Source: Octopus vulgaris (lineage: Eukaryota). From it: a stretch of 64,000 bases of DNA. The stretch's first letter is position 1, and every line of letters begins with the position of its first letter. The translations under genes and the position numbers were made by a program. Below the pieces are notes generated by a model. The model was not told where the DNA came from. It made no database searches and saw only the letters and a list, made by a program, of their open reading frames with translations. Below are positions 1-11,506 of this stretch, piece after piece. The stretch covers positions 26,040,001 through 26,104,000 of the forward strand of contig OX597823.1 in the NCBI GenBank assembly GCA_951406725.2. The letters run 5' to 3'.

Positions 1-420
1 CCTCTGAGACTGGAGGAAGGGAAAAGTATCTTCTAACAGGAAACCTAGCCCAAATGCTAGCAGTGTGAGTTCCAGTAAAAGTACTTAAGTATCAGGTAGT
101 GGTATTAAACAGGGTGACAATTTAAGCCTACCATCCAATCCATCCATCGCTTACTTATATGGGTTGGATGCATCTCCTTTAAATGTGTCATCTAAGACCA
201 GTGAGAAGCAAGTAGGAATTTATCTTCAGGTTGGTGACCTGGCTCAAAGTTTTGCAAACAGTGAGTTCCAAGAAAAGGTAGCCAAGGGCCTAGTGGTGGT
301 GTTGAATTGAATGACAGATTAAGTCTATCACCCAATTTATGATTCATTAAAAACAATGTGCCCAGCATTAAACAGAAAATCCCTTGAAGCATTAACTTCT
401 TTCAATCTAACCATCTCCCC
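1..420 (+). mobile_element. Possible highly decayed L1/Tx1-type LINE fragment
   Basis: Broken translation (WRKGKVSS...GDNLSLP...) loosely resembles the post-RT 'FLWKGK...GGLxLP' region of Tx1/L1 ORF2; many stops; weak. Confidence 0.25.
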
Positions 421-624
421 AACACACATCTTGCTAAGGTGTAAATAATAGTTCCATTAATGTAGAACCAACTGCTAAAATGATTATACTGAAGCAATTA
501 TGTTATCATTACAAAACTCCCAAACCATACTGAAGTACAGAACTTTACATAGTGTCAGTTATAAAGCTATGAGTAACTTAAATGATGATAAAATACTAAT
601 GAGCAAATGTACCAAGTAACTCAT

Positions 625-800
625 CAGCACTGCTGCTTGACCTACTAGAAATAGCAGCTAAATTTCCAGTCAATCACACCCCACCATCTTAAATAAGAAA
701 ATAACACAAAGTCTTACATATCCCTAAAAAGACAGGGTGGTCATGGCTGGAGAGCTTTTGACTATAGGTCTACATAATCAAGTTGACATGGAGTTAAATA
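625..800. repeat. Abundant ~170-bp dispersed repeat (representative copy)
   Basis: Motif 'tgacctrctagaaatagcagc...ggtcatggctgga...ataggtct' recurs in both orientations near 9.25k, 11.7k, 17.75k, 20.3k, 21.05k, 33.65k, 35.0k, 36.7k, 51.5k, 53.7k, 54.0-54.45k and 60.0-60.35k. Confidence 0.75.
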
Positions 801-1455
801 ATACATTTCAAAAAAAGTTTATTATAGCAGTTACTATCTACTTGGAAGTTCAATTGCAGTCATAAGATATAGATCTGTCTTATCACAATTTTTAAATTGT
901 CATTGTTTTGCTATATTTTATTTTAATGAGATAAGCCAATTTTTGTTTTACATTAACACAGGTACAGGCATAATGGACTACAGGTTACATGGTCACAAGT
1001 GCTCCAAGTTGTAACTGCATTTGTCTAAGTCTGCCTGGCTGACAAAACAGGTTTCATTGCCATTTCATCATTCAGAGATTAGTAGCAGGAAGTGCCTAAC
1101 AACATTACATTGTGTTGTTACAAAGCAATGGTCTATTTATTTGCTTCAGTTTTTTGGCCAAGGTAGCTCACTGCACTTCATCTAAATTAGAAACCTGAAC
1201 ATTCTTACACTATGTAACTTGTAAGTATAATGTTAGTCTTCAATGTTTCTAAAAATACTGTTATTGCTGTTGCTAATTAGTTTTGATCAGCTGTACTTGT
1301 GAAGAACTAAATATAAAGGTTATGTCATCAAATATATAAAGCTTTCCCACAGGTTTTGGTACTCTAGATATACTAAATGGCTGTCTGTTTTGTGATCATG
1401 CTATACATTCTACCATGCATCAATATAGTGAGGACAATAGGATATATCACACATA

Positions 1456-1679
1456 CAGTAACCCCTCAACTATCATGGGTGTCACATTCCAAAACCTCCC
1501 ACAGAAATAATTAAAATCTAAAAAAATATAAATACCTATCAGCAGCAGAAACCCAGATATACTGAGGAGTTCACAATATAAATTTACATATATTAGCCAG
1601 AAAAATCTGCAATGTATTGAGTGAACCACGATGTATTGAGTGTGTGATAGGTGAACTGCAATATGGCAAGGAATTACTG
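1456..1679. mobile_element. Tigger/pogo-like MITE
   Basis: TA|CAGTAACCCCTC... and ...GGAATTACTG|TA: imperfect TIRs starting CAGTA, with TA target duplication. Confidence 0.7.
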
Positions 1680-2516
1680 TATGTTGCTACACAATCTTCT
1701 AAATCATACTGATGATGACTACAACTTATGAGTTAACCAAGACGGATGGACAGTTGATATAAGAATGCTCATACTTCAATAATCATGTTATATTCAAACT
1801 CTGCAGGTTGATAGTCCAGCTAATATGACTAGCAATACTGCAGTTAGTTTAGGTATGTCTACATATCTATCATTAGCACTGTCACATCACTGCAGACTGG
1901 GTCTTTCTATCATCTTGTGCTAAGTTCCTGTGAATGCTATTTGTTAATTTCCTCATACTTCTTTTGAATTGCTATTAAAACCACACACAGTAGAAATATT
2001 TTTTTACTTCAGAATGGAGTTGTTACATTAACAGAGTAATTCAATTTCTATACCAATGTTTGAATATGCTGGCATATATTTTAATAGCCATACTTCAACA
2101 CAATAGCCATAAAGGATTGTGTTTAGAGCACAAAACTCACATGTTAATGTCAGGTCTAAAAAAATTATATATTTGGAGTTACTGTGACAACATTCCAATT
2201 TCTAAAAAAAAAATAATTGAATACATTTAGATGACACAACATTCCCTATTACTGCAACCACCATCACTGCTATTAACTTCAACTTACTGGCTGAATACTC
2301 GCCACTTCCTCCAAAACTCATTGCACTTATCACCCCTCTTTCAGTTATTGAAGTGATATGTTATATATACCCACCCATCAAGACATGCCCTGCCATACTA
2401 AACATTGCTAAATTGTTATTTTCAAGAATTGTATATTTCTTCCATTCCTTTTCTCTTTAACCCTTTTGGGAGACACAGTGTTTTGGTAACTGTAGCCAAA
2501 AAGACTATTCTATTTC

Positions 2517-2908
2517 TGGAGTAAAGATTGTTTGACAACATAGCAGTCCTGGTTTAGGACGAATGTCGCTGTAATTTAGCCCCAGGAGACATTGTCTCCA
2601 GCTGGCTATACGACACGATCTGTGTCCTTATATTTTTTAAAAAGGGAATCTAGCACCCTCACTCAGCTCAAAATAATATCTGTGTATCACAATTTCTGGG
2701 TTATTTCTCTTCATCAGCACAGAATAATTGTTCGACTAGAGGTGGCGCTGCCAAATTCCCGTTCAAAATATATAGTTTTCAAAGTGACAACTAGTCACTG
2801 ATCGTGTCGTATAGCCAGCTGGAGATGATGTCTCCTGGGGCTAAATTACAGCAACATTCGTCCTAAACCAGGACTGCCATGTTATGTTGGCAAACAATCT
2901 TTACTCCA
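2517..2908. mobile_element. Fold-back MITE with ~105-bp terminal inverted repeats
   Basis: tggagtaaagattgtttg...gctggctatacgacacgatc (2517-2620) is the near-perfect reverse complement of ~2800-2908; no clear TSD. Confidence 0.8.
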
Positions 2909-3792
2909 AAGTACTGTTGCTGAATATCTCTCATTGTAAGATTTACAAATAGTAATTTCCATTTTATTTCTTTTGAGATGGATTGAAATTGATAGGTGCA
3001 TGTAGAAAACAAAGGATAAAGTGCTTAAAACTACTTTACTAGTATGTAAAACTATGTATATTATATAGTTTTATATTATATCAACTGAAAGATGATCTCT
3101 GATTGGCTATTACACTTGAAAACTTTTGTTTCTTTGGGTCTATGGATCATCCTCATGGTCCTTTCAGCTTGTATCACTTAGGTTGATAAATTGGCCTGGG
3201 TGTCACAAGAGGGTGACATTAACCAGTAAGAATTCAAACTGAACATTAACCACACTATTCTCACCAACTCTTCCCTATCTCCCAGCCAGAAGTAACTGAC
3301 AAAAGGCTATAAAGCATTACCTGCAATTCTCTGACTTGTCAATATAAAAATATAAATACTGTTTAATTTCCAAAGTTAATAATATTTTTAAAAACTGCAT
3401 AATTTCAGAGTATAGCTCATTTGAATAGGACAACAGCACACAGCAGGTAACTTTCTTAAGTGTCAATAATTAGTGACCTGAGACCATGACAGCTCTTACT
3501 TGTAATATGTTTTTCATTTTTTTTTTTTATATAAAGAAACCCTTTTTATTTTACACCAAAACTATAGTTAAAGGAAAGCATGGAGTAGGGTAAAAAGATA
3601 TGTCTTACTGTTTTCACATGACTTGGAGAAGAAGGGTCATTCTCATTACCTTTTTTTCAGGATCTTAGATTGGTAGGAGAAAGGGAACAAGTTATCTTCA
3701 AACTTGAAATGTGGATCAACTTCTTGCAAGAGTGCACCCTGCAAACGGTACCCAAGGGTCAGATGGTAGTGATAAAACATGCAATGAAGTAG

Positions 3793-4012
3793 ACCTTTTG
3801 TTCCTATTTTTCTATTGAAATACATTGCTTTAGTTTCAATTAGTTTTGGAAATATTGAAGAATTTAGTAAAATAAGTTTGATATTATGCTGGCACCTGGA
3901 ACATAAATTAACATGAAATTTTGATGGAAGGTCTTAATTTAGATCACTTTAAGACAGGAAGTTAGTATCATGGGACTAGGAGTGGTTTCAGACAAGTTGG
4001 TATCAAAAGGGT
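3793..4012. mobile_element. piggyBac-like MITE (decayed); related copy in opposite orientation at ~22070-22285
   Basis: Ends ccttttgttcc / ggtatcaaaaggg; internal sequence shared with 22070-22285 and partly with 15930-16050. Confidence 0.55.
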
Positions 4013-4132
4013 TGTCTATCAATCAAAGAATGCTAATAAGATCCAGTCAACAATCAAAGTGGTAGTAATGATGATGATGATGATAGAGAACTTTTATTTT
4101 CAGAGAATTAAAATAGCTTAAATATCAATAGA

Positions 4133-4526
4133 CTAGCAGAATCGCCCGGTGTTGCTCGGGTTTGTTTCGACCCTTTAGAATTGGAATTTTTGAAAAGTAA
4201 AAATTTTGCATTATGTAGCTTGTTATTCTCTTTAAGTGAATATTTTTCTGATTGAAATACACTGAAAAATGGCGACACAGCAGTCAAAAAATCATAAAAA
4301 ATAAGGATTTTCATAGAAAAAAAGCATCTTTTTGATGTAAATAATTTTTGGTCTTAACATGGTCCAATTTGAATTTTTTTCCTTCTACAGAATGAAGAGC
4401 AAGCCTTCTTCTATCATACTCTCAATTTTGGTCAACTTGCGCCACAGGGTCTTGAAGGAGATAGTGTTAGTTGACGGCTACCTAACCTGCCATACACAGA
4501 CAACTTCAGCTTTATATATATAGCGA
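4133..4526 (-). mobile_element. Non-autonomous Helitron
   Basis: Minus strand starts A|TC..TATATATAAAG and ends with hairpin cccgagcaacaccggg plus CTAG|T: canonical Helitron termini in an AT target. Confidence 0.85.
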
Positions 4527-4928
4527 TTAATAGATATAAGTATTATCAGACTATAATATACACTTTTTGTGTTCTCTTGCTTGGATTTCAAAACAATTAT
4601 TAAAATTAAACAAGCTAAATATTTTATTTAAGTTACACAATTCTTTTGTCGATAATAATACCAAGGGTAAAACTTGTTCGCAATGATGACAGTTTTACAT
4701 TTTAAAATCTCTCTCAGACACATTGTATATATATTAACCTATCTTTTATCTTTAATGTGTTTCAGTTTTTGTTTGATTTATTTTGCTTCTTTTATCTTTA
4801 ATGTGTTTCAGTTTTTGTTTGATTTATTTTGCTTAATGTTGCTTTTAGAGATCCCAATTTTAAATTAATATAAAACGCTGTTATGCAATAAGTTGTGTTG
4901 AATACATGACTGTTCATTTATTATATAT

Positions 4929-5272
4929 AAACTGTGGTCATGCTGGGGCACTGCCTTGATTAATTTTTTTAGTCAAATGAATTGACCCCAGGACTTTTTT
5001 TTGCTATGCCTGGTACTTGTTCATAGGTCTCTTGTCGAACTGCTAAGTTACAAAGTATAAACACACCAACACCGGTTGCCAAGCAGTGGTAGGGAGCAAA
5101 CACAGACACACATATATGACAGGCTTCTTTTAATTTCCATCCAGCAAATCCACTCACAAGACTTTGGTCAACCCAAGGCTATAGTAGAAGACACATGTTC
5201 AAGGTGCCATGCAGTGGGACTGAACCTAGAACCATGTGGTTGAGAAGCAAGCTTCTCACTACACAGCCACAT
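4929..5272 (-). mobile_element. tRNA-derived SINE
   Basis: tRNA-like head (ggctgtgtagtgag...ggttcagtccc) and body shared with 16985-17335, 21290-21665 and 48397-48770. Confidence 0.85.
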
Positions 5273-6755
5273 TTACAGGTTAAGTATAAAATTTATCACA
5301 CCCACATCTCATACAATGAGTTTCAATTTTTTTTTTATCACTAACACCACCTCAACCAATACAGACAGGTGAAAAGGTATTCAATTTGACTGTACCAAAA
5401 TCATGAATGTTTTTGAAGACCTTATAAGTCTTCCTTTAATTGAAATCAGGCTATGTAGTATATAAATAAAGAGTACTTAATATTGGAACCTGAAAACATT
5501 GAGTGAAAACTTAACTTAAAATAATAAGATTGAAGGAATGATTTCAAGTGATAAGATCATTAGTACACTCACATTATATGACGCCAAAGGATTGGCTAGT
5601 ACAACTTGTAAACAGATACAGTGGCACAGTAAAGTTTATCAGTATGAACAACAGAAAGTAATGTATACAACAGATACAAATGACAAGCTTGTGATGACTC
5701 AAATCCTGTCTTCAACATAAAGTTAAAAGACGCCACTTATTTCTTAATTAAAATTCTTGATATTTTTTTATGGTGCCCCAATGATATAGTAAATTATAGA
5801 GAACATCCCTACTTTATATCACTCCTCTGTTCAAACAAAGTTAACAATTAGCTTCTATCATATACAGGAAAGATTAAACCACATTATTTTAAATAAGATT
5901 AAATGATTTGAAACTAGCTGGAACTGGTATCAGATGTTATGAGGATAAGAAATATACTTAAATATTGCCTGCTAAGAAACTTACAATAATCAACAATCTT
6001 GTTTCTTATGCTTTTGTTTTTTGCAGTTTACCATGGCAGCCCACCTTACATATAATAAATGAACAGTCATGTATACAACACAAAGTCATGTATACAACAC
6101 AACTTATTGCATAACAGCGTTTTATATTAATTTAAAATTGGGATCTCTAAAAGTAACATTAAGCAAAATAAATCAAACAAAAACTGTGAAATAATGAGGA
6201 AAAATGATTTCTTCATTGGAATGTCTAAATTTACCCTCAAAATCCTGAAATACCAACTGAGTTAAGAATTGGGGATCTAGAATATGATACCATTCTAAAA
6301 AACCATTCTATAGAAGTTTGTGTTGATGTATTTAATGCAAGGAACATGAAAAATGATTAATTTGTAAAGATTGTTGTGAAAGGGGGGAAACCTGCCCTCC
6401 CCCCCAATATTATTAATTATTGACTAACATTTTGATTATTTTGACAAGTGTGAAAGACAAATGTTTCACTGACTTGACCATACTTGCAGAATTAGTGATG
6501 GGATTAGTGGGGTAAGTAGATGCTATCCACATGAAAAAACAATAGTTGATGTTAATGAGCCAATGAGAATTACCAGTAGGTTAATTTGAACCAAAACTGA
6601 AAACCTAATTCTGAATTATTGTACATTAAAAATAACAAGGAGCTGTAATTTTATTAATGACTAAATGAATAAAATTAATCAATACAACAGATGAGGGTAG
6701 CCATATATATGCAGAGGACATAGAATTGCTTTGTGTACCTAGAATTGCTCTTTAT

Positions 6756-6961
6756 CTCATTAGCACCCATGGTCCTTTTTTCAGGACCAGAAGGATAATC
6801 CATCATATTTCTGCAGCGCCTGTATTTTTCTGAGATATCTTTAGTTAGTCATCGAGACTATAGTGTCTTTCAAATATTGTAATAAAAATTCTTTTATATA
6901 TTTAATATCAGAAAAAAAGATTTTTGGTAATAAATCAAATGAAAATTTGGGCACTAATGGG
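6756..6961. mobile_element. piggyBac-like MITE (decayed)
   Basis: ttat|ctcattagcaccca ... tgggcactaatggg|ttaa: degenerate TIRs with a TTAA-like target. Confidence 0.55.
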
Positions 6962-7299
6962 TTAATGTTGTTGACTAGTTTCTTACTACCAAACAAAGGA
7001 GAAATATTAATGAATATTTGATAGAACTGAGACCTACATTATAGAAGTGAGATTAATAATTAGACTGACAGTTTGGTTTTGCATATATTGGTTGTTGGTC
7101 TAGAACATCTTGACCTGGCTAAAACTGTAGCCATTTTGTACAAAGAGCTGATGAAACCAACAGAGATCTAAATAATGGTAATGCTATACATGCTATGAAG
7201 AATGTCAGTTTCACAACCCTTTCAAAAACAAAGCCAGCAGAGAGCCACAAATATATAAAGATTGCTTTAAATGTGGCAAATTAGGCTATCAAAAGCTTA

Positions 7300-8330
7300 A
7301 ATAGAAAGCTCCATGAAAAGAGAAGCAGAAAAACAAAATCATTTAAAACAGACACATTGTTTGTGAATGTACTAGATAGTGGGGAGGCTGTGAGTGTCAA
7401 TAGAAGTGATAAATATGACCTGTTAGTGTTAGACACAGGTGCATAATGCAATGTTAGTGACCGTTACTGAGAACACTGCTGCTGAGAAGTTATCTGAATT
7501 TACTTTCCAAAGCAAAGAACTTATGTGCAGCAAACTGCTACAATGAATTCACTAAATTATAAGTCATAAACCACTGTAAGTTTTAGTTTGTGAGACATAG
7601 TATTGCAGTGAATCTTGTGACAGACAATGAGCCATCATTTAAAAGTTAGTTATTCAAAGAATTTTACAACACTCAACAACTTGCAGCCACATATGTCTAT
7701 AACCTAATGATGTGTAAGAAAGAGTTACAGGAATTTTGAAATGACTTGGAGAAAGCAGATGGTCCATATTTTACAATAGGAATACAGCTAGGCCAGTGCA
7801 TGTACTTTTTCCTGTAGTTCAAATTAATTGGACGAAGAACAAGAATCTTACTGTCTACTACTAATCTCCACTTGAAACTGAGTGTGTCTGAATGCCCAGA
7901 ATCCTACATAATGGTAGACTGAGCAAATGCTAAAATGCAGATTGGCAAAAGATGTTTCCACCACAACAAAAAAAATGATCATGATTGAGTACTTGCAAAA
8001 GTGACTGAAAATAACAGGTAGTTATATCATGAGTGATGGTTATAGCAGCAAAACAGGAAAAGCACACTCGCAAGCCATAAAATGCAGAAGAGCTTTACCC
8101 AATAGCCTGGATTTAGCAGATAGTAGTGTTGAGTAATCTCACAAAGTTCCTGATCTTCATGACACAAGTGAACTAATAAAAACAAATTCACTAAATAGTA
8201 AGACAGTCACAGCAGGAGAAGATCTAGTGATCTAATAAGCATTAACTAACTTGCTCTTGAAACAGTTACATCAAGAGAAACAAAAAAGATACCAACATTA
8301 GATGCTTATTTAAAACCTTTTCATTGCTTA
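7300..8330 (+). mobile_element. Decayed pogo/Tigger-like transposase remnant
   Basis: Fragmentary peptides (VLDSGE near an HTH-like N-terminus; TLDAYL at the C-terminal end) with many stops and frameshifts. Confidence 0.35.
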
Positions 8331-10292
8331 CATTGTTATACTTGGAATCCATAGAGTCCAGCTGTGTGGTTAAGAAGTTTGCACCTTAGGTCAGTATCTA
8401 AACTATGGCCTTAGTTTGAGAGAAGCATTGGGTTGAATTTGGTTACACATATACATACCTGTGTGTATTTGTCTCTGCATGTATTTCAAATGACACACTA
8501 TTTATGACAATATTTACCATTCCATATGAATAAAACATCTGGCAGGTCAGTGGTTCATGCAAAACTGTGCAATATAAGTACCTTGCTTGGAAATATTTAA
8601 AGGTTTGTGTCTTAACAAATCTCACCCAACTCATACTCTCATTTGAAATAATCAACAATGTTGAAAAAAGAGGGATATAACGAGAATTGTCCTCCCTACA
8701 CATGTTATGTAATGTATATGCATGTGCTGTAAACAATGGGAGGAGTGAGTAAAACATGCTTGACATGTCCATCTTCAGAACAGGTTTAGTGCGCCAAGGG
8801 GATATTATATACAATGCACAGTTACAACACATGGTAGGGATACACTGGGCAAGTGAAATAGTGATTATGGTGTTTGAGATAATGGATAGCTGTCTCTCAA
8901 ATAGATTACCATTTTCTTTCTTTTTTGTTTTTGGTGTGTGTGTGAGACACTAACAACAACAACAAAAAGAATACATTTGAAAAATCTTCCCCAGGCTCCT
9001 ACATCTGGGCAGAATATATTCTACATTTTTCTTAACTGGCTGTGAGGAAGTAGATATCAGATTATCTGGGAATGTTCAACTTCAGATGAGAGACCACCAG
9101 TCTATCAGGCCATCAGCTGAAGGAGGGTCTACATCAGTAGTTCCCAATCTGGAGTCTGCAAAGGTAGTACTAGGGGTCTGTACACACACAAGGAGTCCAT
9201 GGGAAAACTCATTCAAATAAAAGGGTTTGGAACCACTGGTCTGCATGGTTGTGCCACCTGCTAGAGATAGTAATCCAATTTCCCTCAAATGAAAGATTAT
9301 TAGTCATAAATATATTTATATCTAAATAGAAGACAAGGTGGTCATTGTTGGATTATCTATGAGTAGAAGTTGCTCAATCGGAGTTGGCCTGGGTTTATAC
9401 AGCTGTCTTGTCATAGTAACTGAAATAATGATTCTGATTACAGGTTACAAGTGATGGCTGGTGTGTACAGTATATTCCACATCGAACTCACCATACACCC
9501 ACCATCACCACTACCAAGTGGACAGCCTGCTTTAGTTATGAGGAATTCCCATCATTTTAGCAGCAAAATAAGCAGTGAAATGTTTAAAACGACAGACAAA
9601 ACCAAATAAACTTTACAGTCAGACACAAAGAATAGAAGCAGGTAATAAAAATTAATCAATACAAACAGGTCATTGACTTATCAATCAATTAATCAACATT
9701 ATTATTTATTTCCTACATACAAATGTGATAAAGAGAGTCAATTGTTTTAATTTTTCTAATTGCAGATGCCCATAAGGAGAAAGAAAAGGAATATCTACTG
9801 ACTGAGGGAAATTAATGGATGTTATGATGATCGTGGCTTTTATTAGTGCTGTGAAAAAAAAAAAGTGAAATAGCCACAAGGACCTAAACTCTCTTGCTAG
9901 AAACACACTGTCTAGATATCTGTTTGTGCTGGTATTTATCAATGACATTATGTTGTAATTATTGTATTAAAACTGTATTTACTGTGTGTTATTGCTCATT
10001 GCCTTGCCAAATATATAATTAATTTTGTTGACTGATTAACCGATTAGTTATTCATTTTAGCAAAATGACCATGTTAGTCATGGCTGGGTGGATTTAACGT
10101 ATATATTGTTCTTCATGTGAAATTCCTTAAAATGTTTGTAATTTTTGTCAATGATGAAGCTACATCCATGGCTGCAACTGTTGGTGGTTTGTTAATTATT
10201 TTTAATAAACTAAAGTATAATTGCAAGTGTTGAACACCAATTTCATTGTTAGGGATATTCATTAAATAAATTTATTCCTCTTTGGTCTAAGT

Positions 10293-10590
10293 CAGGGTTT
10301 CTCTACTGGATCCCTAAAATATTTTTGGGGATCCATGCAATAAAATAATAACTTGGGGATCCATAATAGTATTTTAAAGGCCCTTGCAAAAAATTTAGTT
10401 TAGATGTATGTATTGCAAGAAACAGGTTTCTTTCTCTAACATTTTACATAATTCAACCTACACAAGTTAATGTGTGGAAGACAAAATAGGGATTTTGAAA
10501 GATCTTTTGATAAAACTAGTTTTTAAACATCAAATGGCTATAAGGGTCCACCAGAATCAAACAGTATTCAAGGTGATTGAGAACCACCCT
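10293..10590. mobile_element. hAT/Charlie-like MITE; related copy at ~13615-13860
   Basis: cagggtttctc... / ...ttgagaaccacc termini; body (aaatggc..agggtcca) shared with 13615-13860. Confidence 0.6.
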
Positions 10591-11283
10591 TGGTCTAAAT
10601 GAATAAATAAATAATTTCTAATTCAGAGACATGGTTGGGAATTTTTGAGGAGGGGAGTCAATTAATTAAAATGATAAAGTACTTAACTAGAACTTTATTT
10701 TATCACATTGGAAGGATGAAAGGTAAAAACTGACCATCCCAGGATTTGAACTCTAAATATAGAGCCAGAACAAATACAGCAATGATAATTTCTATATTAA
10801 CCACAGAGGCTCGATAAGGACATTACAAACAGATAGGATACAGTATAGTGAGAAGGGGCAGTACATAAAAATGTCCCCCACTCCCCTTCAAAAGTTACCT
10901 AGGACCAATCATGGAGCCCCTTGAAATCTGGACCACCCTAACCACCAAGTGCAAGTGCTTTCTCTCAGCTGTCAATTCCTGGCCTAGACATGTTCAGAGG
11001 AAACCTGTTCACTCTCATGACGTTAACCATTCTCTCGCATCTTTTAACACATTTACTGATGGAGAGGGGAGAAGTGCAGCACTTCCCTCCCCAGCTTCCT
11101 CTTCTTTTCCAAAAAGAACTTGTAAACGGTGAAGGGTTTATACCAACTCTTCAGCCCTTTTCAGTTTTCTGCAGCTTCTTTCACAGTACCTACAAGTCAG
11201 GACAATCTAATAACAAAAGCTTCTACATGCTCATCCAAACTGTTAGTAATCAAATCTTCTTCAAATCACATCAATCATTTTAA

Positions 11284-11506
11284 CCCATTAAGTCCCACTG
11301 TCCTATAAATAGGACACTAAATGAGAACCTTAAATAAGCTATATCACATAGTCTCAGTGTCCTATTTATAGGACACCAGGTATTTCCATTTCTACTTGAA
11401 GTAAAGGAGTGTTAATAATTATATTTTTCATTTTAACCTATTTTCAATCATCTGTAAAAATTTAAAAGTAATATTTAGAAATTTAAGTACCCTGGGACTT
11501 AATGGG
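11284..11506. mobile_element. piggyBac-like MITE
   Basis: TTAA|cccattaagtccca ... tgggacttaatggg|TTAA perfect TIRs and TSD; internal inverted gtcctataaataggacact repeats. Confidence 0.9.

Noticed and set aside
8443-8832. 129-aa ORF
   Set aside because: No recognisable motifs or splice structure; runs into microsatellite-like sequence.
9766-9815. Acceptor followed by a short frame (AHKEKEKEYLLTEGN*)
   Set aside because: Isolated, flanked by inverted TE-like subterminal repeats, no homology recognised.
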